Positions 26,876 to 37,191 of a stretch of 64,000 nucleotides of DNA are shown here, in pieces. Under the pieces are notes generated by a model. That model was not told where the DNA came from. It searched no databases and worked only from the letters and a program-made list of their open reading frames with translations. Origin of the DNA: a bacterium. Lineage in GTDB: Bacteria > Vulcanimicrobiota > Xenobia > Xenobiales > Xenobiaceae. Numbering within the stretch: the stretch's first letter is position 1; every line of letters starts with the position of its first letter. The position numbers were made by a program, and so were the translations under genes. The stretch lies in assembly GCA_030535355.1 (NCBI GenBank), contig JAUNIO010000002.1, forward strand, positions 8,781-72,780, read 5' to 3'.

Positions 26876-28963
26876 ATGCAATTTCTAGGCGGAAACAGCG
26901 AAATGTTTGGATTTAAGACAAAACATACCAAGCGCGTTTTTATCGGCATAGCCTTAGCTTTGGCGCTAGGAGCTCCAGTCGAGTCGCGTCTTCCTCAGAC
27001 CGCCGAAACGACGGCTAAGCTAACGCTGTCCGTGGGCGAGATGCAAGAGCTGATGAAAAACGACAAGGACCTCATCGACCAGCGCACCCGGGCGGAAAAG
27101 ATGCTCAAAGCCAATGCCAAAGACTACAAAGCGCATCTGCTGCTCGGCTACGTCCTGCACCACGCCGAAGGCGATTTAGCCCGCGCCCGCTACCATTTGG
27201 ACAAATCGCATAAATATGTCTTAAAAGCTGTCGGCAACGATATGGAAGCCCGGCAGTTTTACGGTATTATCTGTTTCGAGCTGCTCATGGTGCTCACCGA
27301 AATGGACCAATACGAAGATAAAATCACTCTGCTGCGCGAGATGTCGTCCACAATGAGCAACAAAGAGCTGTGGATGTCAGAGATGGCCTGGCCGCTCATG
27401 AAACTGGATAAGGAAAAAGAAGCGCGCCAGATTATTCAGCAGATTCTCAGCAGCGGCAATCCCGGGGCCCGCATAAATGCCTGGAACACCCTAGGGGCCT
27501 TGGAATCCGATTTGGGCCACTATCAAGCCGCCTACGACGCCTTCGACGGTCTGCTCAAAGAGGCGGCCCGCTATAGCAAGCCCAACATAACTTTTTACCG
27601 CAACATGGGCGAAGCCTGCCTACCCTTAGGGCTTTATGAAGACGCCGAAAAATACTATTCCCAGGCGGCCAAACTGCCTTTCGAAGACGATTCCTTTTCC
27701 AATCCCTATCAAGATTTAACCAGCATCTACCTCTCCCAAGCCCGCTTCAGCGAAGCCATGAACGCTATGAAGAAAACGGTGGAATGGAGCAATGCCACCA
27801 AACCGTTCCTCTACCAGCAGTCCATGGCCGACAACACTCAGCTCAAAGGTATGCTGCTGCTGGAACTAGGGCTTCCCGCCGAAGCAGTCGATACCCTACA
27901 GCTGTTGGTACAGCGCCCCGATCGCCGCGGCGGCACTTCCCTGCGCATCGATCAGACAGAAGCCGGAAACCTGCTGTGCTGGCGCACCGCTCTGAAAACC
28001 AATTTGCAGCGCAACCAAGAGCGTTTGGCCGCCACGAGTTTTTTCAGCGGCGCTTTATCCCTAATCCGCTACGGCTGGCAGCGCTTAACCCAAGGCAAAA
28101 CCACGCTGAGCACCGATGCTATGTATGTCAATTTGGTCTGGGAAAATATTCAGATGCGCCGCCAAATCGACCAAGCGGAAAAGCGCATCGCCGCTCTTTC
28201 CGCCAACAGCCAGCGCATTCGCGCTTCCATGCTTCCCTATGATACCCAATCGGTCATCACCACGGAATGGATGCGCCCCAACCTCATGGGAATTTGGGGA
28301 ACTGGCCTAAGCCAAGCTGCTATCGACGATATTCGGCAAAAACCACCCGAAAGATACGCTGTGGCCGAACCCTTCCTGGCCGCGCTGCAGGGCGAAATCG
28401 CTTTTTTAAACGGCAGCTACCGCCGCAGTGCCGAACTGTTCAGCGTAGCTATGAAAACTCTGCCGCGTCAAGAAGCTTTGCTGCGCTATCGCACGGAAAC
28501 CCGTCTGGCCATGGCCTTGCTGAAATGCGGCAAAGAATCAGAAGCGCTGCAGCTGTTCCAGCACGTGATCAGCGGCGATGGAGCTATGCTGCGCGAAGCC
28601 GAGGCGCGTTTACCCATCATCGCCAAGGTAAATGCCTCCGAGCAGAGTTCAAGTTTTAATTCCGCAGTGCTCAAAGGCCTCAAGCGCTCTCCTCGTTTCA
28701 AAGTAGGTTCCCGGGGCCTGCAGCTGACGGTGGCATCAGCAGGCAAAGAAGATTTGCGCGTCGCCGTCAGCGACAGCAGCGGCAATTCCATTAAAGTTTT
28801 TCATGTATCCCTCAAAAAACCCAACGCACCGCTGGCCGAAGTAGCTTTGGCGGGAATCCACGATGGCCTGTGCGCTCCCAATATCAACCTGAGCGGGCTT
28901 GCCGACAGTCTCGACGGGACTATGAACAGCGCTAACGTGCGCGATCTAATTCAGTACTATTAA
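26876..28963 (+). CDS. Secreted TPR-like repeat protein (Bat-operon-like), paralog 1.
   Basis: It has a signal peptide (the true start may be M at 26906, MFGFKTKHTKRVFIGIALALALGAP) and is ~45% identical along its whole length to the 29828..31951 product. Confidence 0.7.
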   Translation: MQFLGGNSEMFGFKTKHTKRVFIGIALALALGAPVESRLPQTAETTAKLTLSVGEMQELMKNDKDLIDQRTRAEKMLKANAKDYKAHLLLGYVLHHAEGDLARARYHLDKSHKYVLKAVGNDMEARQFYGIICFELLMVLTEMDQYEDKITLLREMSSTMSNKELWMSEMAWPLMKLDKEKEARQIIQQILSSGNPGARINAWNTLGALESDLGHYQAAYDAFDGLLKEAARYSKPNITFYRNMGEACLPLGLYEDAEKYYSQAAKLPFEDDSFSNPYQDLTSIYLSQARFSEAMNAMKKTVEWSNATKPFLYQQSMADNTQLKGMLLLELGLPAEAVDTLQLLVQRPDRRGGTSLRIDQTEAGNLLCWRTALKTNLQRNQERLAATSFFSGALSLIRYGWQRLTQGKTTLSTDAMYVNLVWENIQMRRQIDQAEKRIAALSANSQRIRASMLPYDTQSVITTEWMRPNLMGIWGTGLSQAAIDDIRQKPPERYAVAEPFLAALQGEIAFLNGSYRRSAELFSVAMKTLPRQEALLRYRTETRLAMALLKCGKESEALQLFQHVISGDGAMLREAEARLPIIAKVNASEQSSSFNSAVLKGLKRSPRFKVGSRGLQLTVASAGKEDLRVAVSDSSGNSIKVFHVSLKKPNAPLAEVALAGIHDGLCAPNINLSGLADSLDGTMNSANVRDLIQYY

Positions 28964-29124
28964 ATTAAAATTTATTTTCATTTATCCAGCAACGCTTTGC
29001 CTAAGCTGCACCTGCCGTTCCTCGGCCTACCCTGCTGAAAGGAGACCAAGGCTCACTTATTCAGCCTTCACCGTGCCCAGCAGCCGATGGGTTAAAGCGC
29101 TGCTGGATTTAATTAGGAGTTCTC

Positions 29125-29787
29125 ATGGAATACATTCACCAGCTCATGTACTATTTTAGCGCCGAGGGCATCAAGGACATCATCACCTGGGGCGGACTAA
29201 TTATTCTGGTGGCTATCATATTTTCTGAAACCGGCCTCTTAATCGGTTTCTTTCTCCCCGGCGATTCTCTGCTGGTTATCTCGGGATTCGTAGCTTCGGC
29301 TTCCGACGGCACTCTGCACATAGGCAGTTTGCTCTTTTGGCTCTGCATCGCGGCCGTTTTAGGAGATACCACAGGTTATTATATCGGCAAAAAGGCCGGT
29401 GACGCCCTATATAACCGGCCGCAAACAAAATGGTTCCGGCGCGATCACCTGTTGAAAGCCAAGGCGTTTTACGAAAAATACGGAGGCATCACCATCGTAT
29501 TAGCGCGTTTCATGCCCTTTATACGCACGTTCGCTCCCACCGTGGCCGGAATCGCAAAAATGAACTACAGCAAATTCCTGTCCTTCAATATCTTCGGCGG
29601 CATCGGCTGGGTATGCTCGATGGTGCTGATCGGCTATTTCTTCGGTCAGATTCCCTTAGTGCAGCAGCATATCGAAAAAATACTGATTCTCATTATCGTG
29701 CTGTCGCTGCTGCCCATCGTCCTTCACGCCATTAAAGAGAAAAAAAAGGCCAACCTTCCCCCGGCAGCAGATGCTGACGCTAAATAA
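29125..29787 (+). CDS. DedA / SNARE-associated family membrane protein.
   Basis: 220 aa with multiple TM helices and DedA-like motifs (FLPGDSLLV, RFMPFIRTFAP). It has an AGGAG RBS. Confidence 0.8.
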   Translation: MEYIHQLMYYFSAEGIKDIITWGGLIILVAIIFSETGLLIGFFLPGDSLLVISGFVASASDGTLHIGSLLFWLCIAAVLGDTTGYYIGKKAGDALYNRPQTKWFRRDHLLKAKAFYEKYGGITIVLARFMPFIRTFAPTVAGIAKMNYSKFLSFNIFGGIGWVCSMVLIGYFFGQIPLVQQHIEKILILIIVLSLLPIVLHAIKEKKKANLPPAADADAK

Positions 29788-29827
29788 TTGGAGGCAGCGC
29801 AGATGGCGAAAATTGGAGGCAGCGCAG

Positions 29828-31951
29828 ATGGCGAAGTTTCTCAGGCAAAAGAAACAATTAGGCAGTTTGCTGGCAGGCACAGCGCTAGTCTTAGCATTGA
29901 GCGCTCCTTTAGCCGCTGCCCCACCTAAGCCTTCGCCTTCGCCTTCTGCCTCAGCTTCTGCGCGGCCCAAGGCCGCAGCCGCGGCCACAGTGGACACTTC
30001 TAAACCGCTGACCTTAAAATCTTTAATCGAAATAATCGACGGCGGCAAAAACTTAATCGATGAGCGCACCCACGCCGAACAGCTGCTCAAAGCCAATCCC
30101 AAAGATTATAAAGCCCACTTTTTGCTGGGTTACATCATGCACCGCGCTGAAGGAGATCTGCCCCGGGCCCGTTACCATCTGCAAAAAGCTAACAAGATTG
30201 CTCTGCGCTCTGCCAGAAAGGGCGACAAAGAAGCTCAGCAGCTTTATTTTGCCGTATCGGTCGAATTAGCCGAGGTTCTGGGCGAAATGGATCAGTACAG
30301 CGCTAAGATCAGAATGCTGCGCGAGATGTCCTCCTACACGCGCGATAATGCTGAGTTTACCGTGCAAATGGCCTGGCCGCTCATGAAACTGAATAAGGAA
30401 AAAGCCGCCCGCCAAGCCATCCAAAAGAGCCTCAGCAATGATGACGTATCAGTGCAGACCACAGCGTTAAACACTCTCGGTGCTCTAGAATCGTATTTGG
30501 GCCACCATCAGGCCGCTTACGACACTGGCAAAAAACTCCTGGAAAAAGCTAAAGGCAAAGACAAACCCAATCTGATAACCTATTATAGCAATATGGGATT
30601 AAACTGCCTGCCCCTGGGATACTACGAAGAAGCGGAAAAATACTTTTTACAAGCGGCCGACAGACCATTTAGCGACCACGCATATACCAACCCCCATACC
30701 CATCTTTGCTGGCTGTATCTAAGTCAAGCCCGCTTTAGTGAGACCATCAACTCTCTGCACAAAGCTGAACGGTGGAGCAGAGCCACCAAGCCCTTCCTCT
30801 ACCAGCAGTCGATCGCCGGTATAACTGAGCTTCAGGGAACCGTCTATTTGGAATTGGGTTTGCCGGAAAAAGCCGTGCAGACCTTAAGCTGGCTGGTCCA
30901 GCGCCCTGACCGCCGCGGCACTAATTCCACCCACGTCGATCAAACCGAAGCCGGCAACCTGCTGACCTGGCGCACGGCCTTATACGCCAATCTGCAGCGC
31001 AACCGCGAGCGCTTAGCCGCTACAGATTTTCGGAGCGGGGCGCTGACTTTAATAAGGTATGGCTGGCAGCGTCTGCGGCACGGGCAAGGCGAACTAAGCG
31101 CCGACGCCATCTACTTCAATTTAGTCTGGGACAATCTGCAAATGCGCCGCCAAATTGACCAGGCCGACAAGCGCATTGCCGCTCTAACCGCAGGCCATAA
31201 GCGCATCCGCGCCTCCATGCTCCCCTATTTCGATCAGTCCATAAACACTTCAGAATGGCTGCGCCCCAATCTGGTGGGAATATTGGGAACAGGTCTCAGC
31301 CAGGCGACCATAGATAAAATAAAGAAACGGCCTCCCGAACAATACGAAAAGCATAAGCCCTTCCTAGCCGTCCTGCAAGGGGAGGCCGCCTTTCTGAACG
31401 GCAGCTACCGGAAAAGTGCCGAACTGCTTAAGCAGGCGCTGCAGAGTTTACCGAAACAAGAGGCGCTCCTGCGCCTGCGCACCGAAACCCGCCTGGCCAT
31501 GGCCCTTTTAAAATGCGGCCAAGAAGCAGAAGCACTGCCCTTGCTAAAGCACGTCATCAGCCAAAACGGTGCCATGCTGCGCGAAGTAGGTGCCCGCCTG
31601 CCAGTTAAGCTGCAAATTGAGACGACCTTGCAAGGCAAGGATTTTAACGAAGAACTCATCCAAGGGATCCGCCGCTCCCCCCGCTTTCAAGTTGATTCTA
31701 GCGGTTTTGTGCTCTTAGTTACTTCAGCCAGCCCCAACTCGCTAAGGGTAACGGTCAGCGATGAAAGCGGCAATTCCTTTAAATCTTATAATGTCACCCT
31801 GCGCAGTTCCAGCACTCCTTTAGCGGAAATAGCGTTGGCGGGCATTCACGACGGCCTGTGCACTCCCAGCATCAGTCTCAGCGGCTTGGATGACAGCATC
31901 GACGGCTCCAACACCAGCATCGGTGTCCGAGAGCTAATTAAATACAAGTAA
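29828..31951 (+). CDS. Secreted TPR-like repeat protein, paralog 2.
   Basis: A signal peptide follows the ATG at 29828 (MAKFLRQKKQLGSLLAGTALVLALSAPLAAA). The ORF track extends upstream to 29771 across a tandemly duplicated RBS/start segment. Confidence 0.7.
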   Translation: MAKFLRQKKQLGSLLAGTALVLALSAPLAAAPPKPSPSPSASASARPKAAAAATVDTSKPLTLKSLIEIIDGGKNLIDERTHAEQLLKANPKDYKAHFLLGYIMHRAEGDLPRARYHLQKANKIALRSARKGDKEAQQLYFAVSVELAEVLGEMDQYSAKIRMLREMSSYTRDNAEFTVQMAWPLMKLNKEKAARQAIQKSLSNDDVSVQTTALNTLGALESYLGHHQAAYDTGKKLLEKAKGKDKPNLITYYSNMGLNCLPLGYYEEAEKYFLQAADRPFSDHAYTNPHTHLCWLYLSQARFSETINSLHKAERWSRATKPFLYQQSIAGITELQGTVYLELGLPEKAVQTLSWLVQRPDRRGTNSTHVDQTEAGNLLTWRTALYANLQRNRERLAATDFRSGALTLIRYGWQRLRHGQGELSADAIYFNLVWDNLQMRRQIDQADKRIAALTAGHKRIRASMLPYFDQSINTSEWLRPNLVGILGTGLSQATIDKIKKRPPEQYEKHKPFLAVLQGEAAFLNGSYRKSAELLKQALQSLPKQEALLRLRTETRLAMALLKCGQEAEALPLLKHVISQNGAMLREVGARLPVKLQIETTLQGKDFNEELIQGIRRSPRFQVDSSGFVLLVTSASPNSLRVTVSDESGNSFKSYNVTLRSSSTPLAEIALAGIHDGLCTPSISLSGLDDSIDGSNTSIGVRELIKYK

Positions 31952-32134
31952 GGTTTTATCTCTAGTCAGCTTAACACCATTTTCACGCCTATAGCGCAAT
32001 TAGAAAAAACGGCAGGAATTGCCGGCTTTTGAGTTTATGCTATAATATTCTGTAAAAAAATAAAGGATTAACATTGCCCAAGCCATTAGGCGCAGCCTGC
32101 GCAGGCGAAAAGCCCATGCGCCCAAGCCAGCCCA

Positions 32135-32887
32135 ATGGTCTTGCCTATTGCCTCAATAATTTCCATGCTACAAGAACCGATTATCCAAATGCACAACGTT
32201 AGCCTCATTTACCCCAACGGTACCCGAGGCCTTAATTCTATAGATATGACCATTAACCGCGGGGAGTTCGTCTTTCTCGTCGGCCACACCGGTTCCGGCA
32301 AATCCAGCCTGATGAAGCTTATTTATCGCGAACACGATCCAACCACAGGTGCCGTTTATGTAGAAGGCATAGAAATCAGCGATATGAAGCGCAGTCAGAT
32401 TCCCTTCCTGCGGCGGCGCATCGGGGTTATTTTCCAGGATTTCCGGCTCTTGGGACACAAAACAGTTTATGAAAATGTCGCTTACGCCTTACAGGTCACG
32501 GGAACGAGCCGCTACGTGATGCCCCGCAAAGTTACCAAAGCCCTAACCTTAGTCAATCTGCAGGACAAAGCCGACCGTTTTCCCAATCAGCTTTCCGGCG
32601 GCGAACAGCAGCGCGTGGCCATCGCCCGTGCCCTCATCAACGATCCCATTATCCTGCTGGCTGACGAGCCTACGGGAAACTTAGACCCCGATTCTTCCTG
32701 GGATATTATGCAGATTCTCTCTAAAGTCAACGTAAGCGGAACGACTGTAGTCGTGGCCACCCACAACCAGCAGCTGGTCGATGTCATGCAGAAGCGCGTT
32801 ATCGTCATGAACCGCGGTGAGATGGTACAGGACGTCGAACACGGCAAATACGCCATTTCCGCAGTTGGCCCACTGCCGTCGCTTTAA
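32135..32887 (+). CDS. ftsE: Cell-division ABC transporter ATP-binding protein FtsE. The true start is probably one of the internal Met codons at about 32165 or 32189.
   Basis: It has Walker A (GHTGSGKSS), the ABC signature ([15 protein letters not shown]) and Walker B ([12 protein letters not shown]). Confidence 0.9.
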   Translation: MVLPIASIISMLQEPIIQMHNVSLIYPNGTRGLNSIDMTINRGEFVFLVGHTGSGKSSLMKLIYREHDPTTGAVYVEGIEISDMKRSQIPFLRRRIGVIFQDFRLLGHKTVYENVAYALQVTGTSRYVMPRKVTKALTLVNLQDKADRFPNQLSGGEQQRVAIARALINDPIILLADEPTGNLDPDSSWDIMQILSKVNVSGTTVVVATHNQQLVDVMQKRVIVMNRGEMVQDVEHGKYAISAVGPLPSL

Positions 32888-32902
32888 TAAGGAGCATATT
32901 TC

Positions 32903-34234
32903 ATGGCTAAGAAAAACCTCCGAGAGGTCAAAGATAAGGCCAAAAACACAGCAGAATCCGCGGCCAATTCCCCAGCCGGACCTATGCAGACCGCCGCCGT
33001 CAGCGAAGCCGTAACCGCGGCAGCTCCTGCCCAAGCTGAAAGTGAAGAAATAACGGGGCAATCCGCCTCTGCTTCCGCAACCCAGCCGAATAACGACGGA
33101 CGTCAGGCCTCAAAACAGGCGGGCCTAAACAGCCAAACAGCGGATGGGGAAGCTCCGCCCCCCCCAGTGCTTAAGCCCTTGCCAGAGCAGCAGCCTAAGC
33201 TCACTATTACCAGCAAAGCCGTTTCCGTTCAAGAAAAGGGAGCGGCCTCCAGCAACAAGTTTCCCAGCATATCCGCAGCGGCAGCCCCAGCTGTTTCAGC
33301 TCCCGCGCCGTTAATTGGCGAAACAGAGCCTGCCGTCAAGCGCTATACTCCCTCTGGCGGTTATTACGTGGAATGTTTTCTGCGCGAAGTCGTAACCAAC
33401 ATCCGCCGCAACCCTATGATGAGCATCGCTTCTATTTCCACGGTCATGGTCTTAGCGCTCATTCTAGGTTTATTTACAATCGTGGTTGCCAATTTAGATC
33501 GCCTAGCTAACGAATTGGCCGGGGAGATGCAGATCAAAGTTTACATGGCCAGCACATTCCCAGCCGAGGAAGCCGAAGAATGTCAAAAGCGCATTCTCAA
33601 AATTGAGCACGTTACCGGAGCCAAATTCATTCCCAAAGATGAAGCCTTCGCCAGCCTGCGCGACCGCTTGGGAGGGCGCATCAGTTTGGAGGACCTGGAA
33701 CAAAATCCCCTGCCCGATGCTTACCAAGTTCCCGTCGATGATCCGCAATATTTAGAGCAGGTGGCTCAGCAGCTGCACGAGATCACTGCCGTCGATAAAG
33801 TCGATTACGGCCGGGAAGAAGCCAGCAAGCTGCTGGCCCTCAATAAAGCCGTGCGCACGGTGGGCTTTATCATCCTAATCCTGCTTTTAGCTTCGACAGT
33901 GCTAATCGTGAGCAATACCATCCGCCTCACCGTCTTTGCCCGGCGCAAAGAGATCGATATTATGCAGTTAGTTGGTGCCGCCGATTGGTTTATCCGCTGG
34001 CCTTTTATACTAGAAGGCGTCGCGCAGGGCTTTATAGGCGCGGGACTATCCGCTTTAGCCCTCGATTTAGGCTACCGCATGGTGGTGCCGCATTTCAGAC
34101 ATTCCATAGCTTTTATCCCCGTCATTGAGCCTAATGAGATTATGCCCTATCTCTGTCTCGGTTTAGCTTTAATGGGCTGCGCGGTTGGAGCGTTAGGAAG
34201 TCTCATATCGGTCAACCGCTATCTAAAGGCTTAA
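32903..34234 (+). CDS. ftsX: Cell-division permease FtsX with a ~150-aa low-complexity Ala/Pro/Ser-rich N-terminal extension.
   Basis: Its position after ftsE, a TM helix plus extracytoplasmic loop, and three C-terminal TM helices all fit FtsX. Confidence 0.8.
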   Translation: MAKKNLREVKDKAKNTAESAANSPAGPMQTAAVSEAVTAAAPAQAESEEITGQSASASATQPNNDGRQASKQAGLNSQTADGEAPPPPVLKPLPEQQPKLTITSKAVSVQEKGAASSNKFPSISAAAAPAVSAPAPLIGETEPAVKRYTPSGGYYVECFLREVVTNIRRNPMMSIASISTVMVLALILGLFTIVVANLDRLANELAGEMQIKVYMASTFPAEEAEECQKRILKIEHVTGAKFIPKDEAFASLRDRLGGRISLEDLEQNPLPDAYQVPVDDPQYLEQVAQQLHEITAVDKVDYGREEASKLLALNKAVRTVGFIILILLLASTVLIVSNTIRLTVFARRKEIDIMQLVGAADWFIRWPFILEGVAQGFIGAGLSALALDLGYRMVVPHFRHSIAFIPVIEPNEIMPYLCLGLALMGCAVGALGSLISVNRYLKA

Positions 34235-35403
34235 TGCGTATGAAAAGAAGTCCCGCTTCCGTTTGGCCCATTTTGCTCTGCCTTAGCCTCTGCCTTAGCG
34301 TTAGCTCTCCTATTTTCGCGCAGGACCCCGGCGAAGTGCGCGAAGACCTGCGCGAAAAGAAGGGAGAGCTGCGCTACCAGCAAAGCCGCTTAGACACGCT
34401 CAACGAGCGCGAACGCGATTTATCAAGACAGCTCAGCGATTCCCAATACGACCTTCAGGAAAGCCGCACCGCGTTAAACAACACCGTGGCCCGTTTGGAA
34501 AGTGCCCAGGCCCGCTATGAAGATATTCAGACCCGGCTCAGCGTGGCCACCAAAAAATACCGCAGCAGCCAAGCCCTGCTGGGGCAGCGCCTGCGCGATA
34601 TTTACATGCAGGGCGATATGGGCTATCTGTTGGTCCTTCTGGGATCGCAGAGCTTTACAGATTTTCTGGATTATGCTCACTACATCGCTATTATCGTTAA
34701 CCGCGACTACGAACTGCTAGATGAAGTGCGCCAGCTGAGAGCCGAGCTGCACAGCCAGGCCCAAGCCGCCCAGGAAGCGCTGATCGAGATGCGCCAGCTG
34801 CGCGACGATCAGGAAGCCCGCGTCAGCCGTCTGAGCAAAATTGAGCAGCGCCGCGCCGCTCTGCTCAGCGACGTGCAGAGCCAGCGCGCAAAAGTGGCTC
34901 AATACGTGACAGAACTGGAAGGCAGCACTCAAGAGTTAGAAAACAAGCTGCACAGAACGCTGGTCAAACGCCAGTCGCACGCCCGGCCGCATATCCCTCA
35001 AAAGAAGCGCACCTGGGGAACTGGCCGTTTTATAACCCCGGCAGAAGGTCCCATAACTTCTCCCTACGGGTACCGCGTGCACCCCATATTTGGGACTCTG
35101 CGCTTTCACTCGGGAATCGATATTGGAGCTTATTACGGTTCCAGCATTTTAGCCGCTGACAGCGGCATAGTAATCGAAGCCGGCTGGATAGGCGGTTACG
35201 GCAATACAGTCATGATCGATCACGGCGGAGGCTACAGCACGCTCTACGGCCACTGTTCCCAGCTTTACGTGCGCAACGGGCAAATGGTCCGTCAGGGAGA
35301 GCCTATCGCCGCTGTGGGCAGTACCGGCAATTCTACAGGGCCGCACCTGCATTTTGAGGTGCGCATCAACGGCGATCCCGTCGATCCCTTAGGGTTTATT
35401 TAG
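34234..35403 (+). CDS. Coiled-coil M23 (LytM) metallopeptidase, the EnvC/PcsB/RipC-like FtsEX partner. The catalytic residues are intact.
   Basis: It has a signal peptide, a long coiled coil and C-terminal HSGIDI...YGHCS...HLHFEV. Confidence 0.8.
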   Translation: MRMKRSPASVWPILLCLSLCLSVSSPIFAQDPGEVREDLREKKGELRYQQSRLDTLNERERDLSRQLSDSQYDLQESRTALNNTVARLESAQARYEDIQTRLSVATKKYRSSQALLGQRLRDIYMQGDMGYLLVLLGSQSFTDFLDYAHYIAIIVNRDYELLDEVRQLRAELHSQAQAAQEALIEMRQLRDDQEARVSRLSKIEQRRAALLSDVQSQRAKVAQYVTELEGSTQELENKLHRTLVKRQSHARPHIPQKKRTWGTGRFITPAEGPITSPYGYRVHPIFGTLRFHSGIDIGAYYGSSILAADSGIVIEAGWIGGYGNTVMIDHGGGYSTLYGHCSQLYVRNGQMVRQGEPIAAVGSTGNSTGPHLHFEVRINGDPVDPLGFI

Positions 35404-35497
35404 CCTTAACTAAATAACATTGCTCAAATCATCACTATAGGTTTATAATGCAAAGGTATCGGGGACCTAAGCATTCCCCGTGCAGTGAGGAGACAAC

Positions 35498-37124
35498 CAT
35501 GCAAAACAATTCCGTCAAGGCTTGGCTGGGCCAAGCGCGCCTGCTCGTTCTGGCGCTGATAATCGGGATGTCGCTGTGGCAGAGCGTCCCTGCTCTGGCA
35601 GCCCCTTCAGCGAAAGAACTCAGCGAAAGTTACCGTTTTATCGACCAAGCTTTCAATAAGCTGCAAAAAGAAGCCTTAGAGGAAAAAACGACTCTAGAAT
35701 TGGTCAACGCCAGCTTAGACGGCATGGTTCTCTATGTGGAAAGCCAGAAGTTAGACGCCAGCTTTATCAAACACGCCCCTGCCGGTTACAGCGATAAACA
35801 GGCCAAAGAATACCTGCGCAAAATGCTGGTCAAAACGGCCACCACCTATCCTAAGCTTTACGAAAAGCAGCGTCTGACCATGGAAGCGGTCAAAGGTGCC
35901 ATGAATTCCATCGACGCCTATACCGCCTATCTCGATCCGGAAGCCTACAAAACCCTGCAGGATACCATGGCAGGCGGCAATTTCGGCGGCATCGGGGTCG
36001 TCGTGCGCAAAGATCAGGATACCAAACAGCTGATTATCGTCGAACCCATGCCGGATACCCCAGCCATGCGCGCTGGAATCCGCGCCAAAGACCGTATCAT
36101 AAAAATCGGCGGCAAAGACGCGCAAGACCTCAGCGTCTCCGACGCTTCCAAATTAATGCGCGGCGAGCCTGGCACCTCGGTCACCCTCACCATCCAGCGC
36201 GGCGACGACAGCCATCCCTTTGACGTAACGCTAGTGCGCGAAAAGATTCACGTTTCCACAGCGACCGGAGAAGTTATCGAAGAGCAAGGCCACAAAATTG
36301 GCTATGTCAATTTATCAATTTTTGGCGAAACCACCAACCGCGAGTTAGAAGCCATTATGCGCGACTTTGACAAACAAAATGTTGAAGGCTATGTGCTCGA
36401 TGTCCGCAACAACGCGGGAGGTTATGTTACAGCTGCTATCGACGTCTGCTCTAAATTCTTGCCCCCCGGCCAGCGCGTCACTTCCATCAACCCGCGCGTA
36501 GGCAAAGAAAGCGTGCGCACTTCCCGGCCTACCGGCATCCGCCGCACCAAACCTTTAGTAGTCTGCGTCAACGGCTTATCAGCTAGTGCCTCAGAGATCA
36601 CTGCAGGGGCGATGAAAGACCTCAAGCGCGGCACCTTAGTAGGCGTTAAGACTTTCGGCAAAGGCAGTGTGCAGAACGTATTCCCTGTGCGTTTTCCCGG
36701 TAAAGAATCATCGGCGTTCAAGATCACTATTGCCCACTATCACACTCCCTCCGGGCATGACATCAACAAAATGGGCATCACCCCCGACGTTATCGTAGAA
36801 CTCCCCGAAAAGCCGATAGAAGGCGAAAAATACGATGCCCAAAAGAAGGCAGCTATCAATGAGCTGATCAAAAAACTGGGAGATACCAAGAAAGAAACTG
36901 CTGCCCAGGCCACTGCCTCGGCCAGCAGCGATACCGTAGCAGTCAGCGGCTTAATCGAAGAGCGCGCTTATATAGACAAACAGCTGAACGGCAAGGAATA
37001 CTCCATCGAAAAATGCCATATCGACCGCCGCGGCGATCAGCTTACAGAAACCGTCACCGTTAAAACCAAAGACGGCCAGATTCACCAGTATAAGTTCGAT
37101 ATCTCCTCAGTATTGAGCTTATAA
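35498..37124 (+). CDS. ctpA: Carboxyl-terminal-processing S41 peptidase (CtpA-like) with a PDZ domain.
   Basis: The start at 35498 has a GAGGAGAC RBS and a signal peptide. It has a PDZ domain (GDRIIKIGGKD) and S41 motifs (VLDVRNNAGG, GLSASASEITAGA, TFGKGSVQ). Confidence 0.8.
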
Positions 37125-37191
37125 ACACAGACGATAACTGCCTGCGGGCGGCTGCTAAGGCAGCGCTTGCAGGCTCAGCTTGGGTTAGAAT

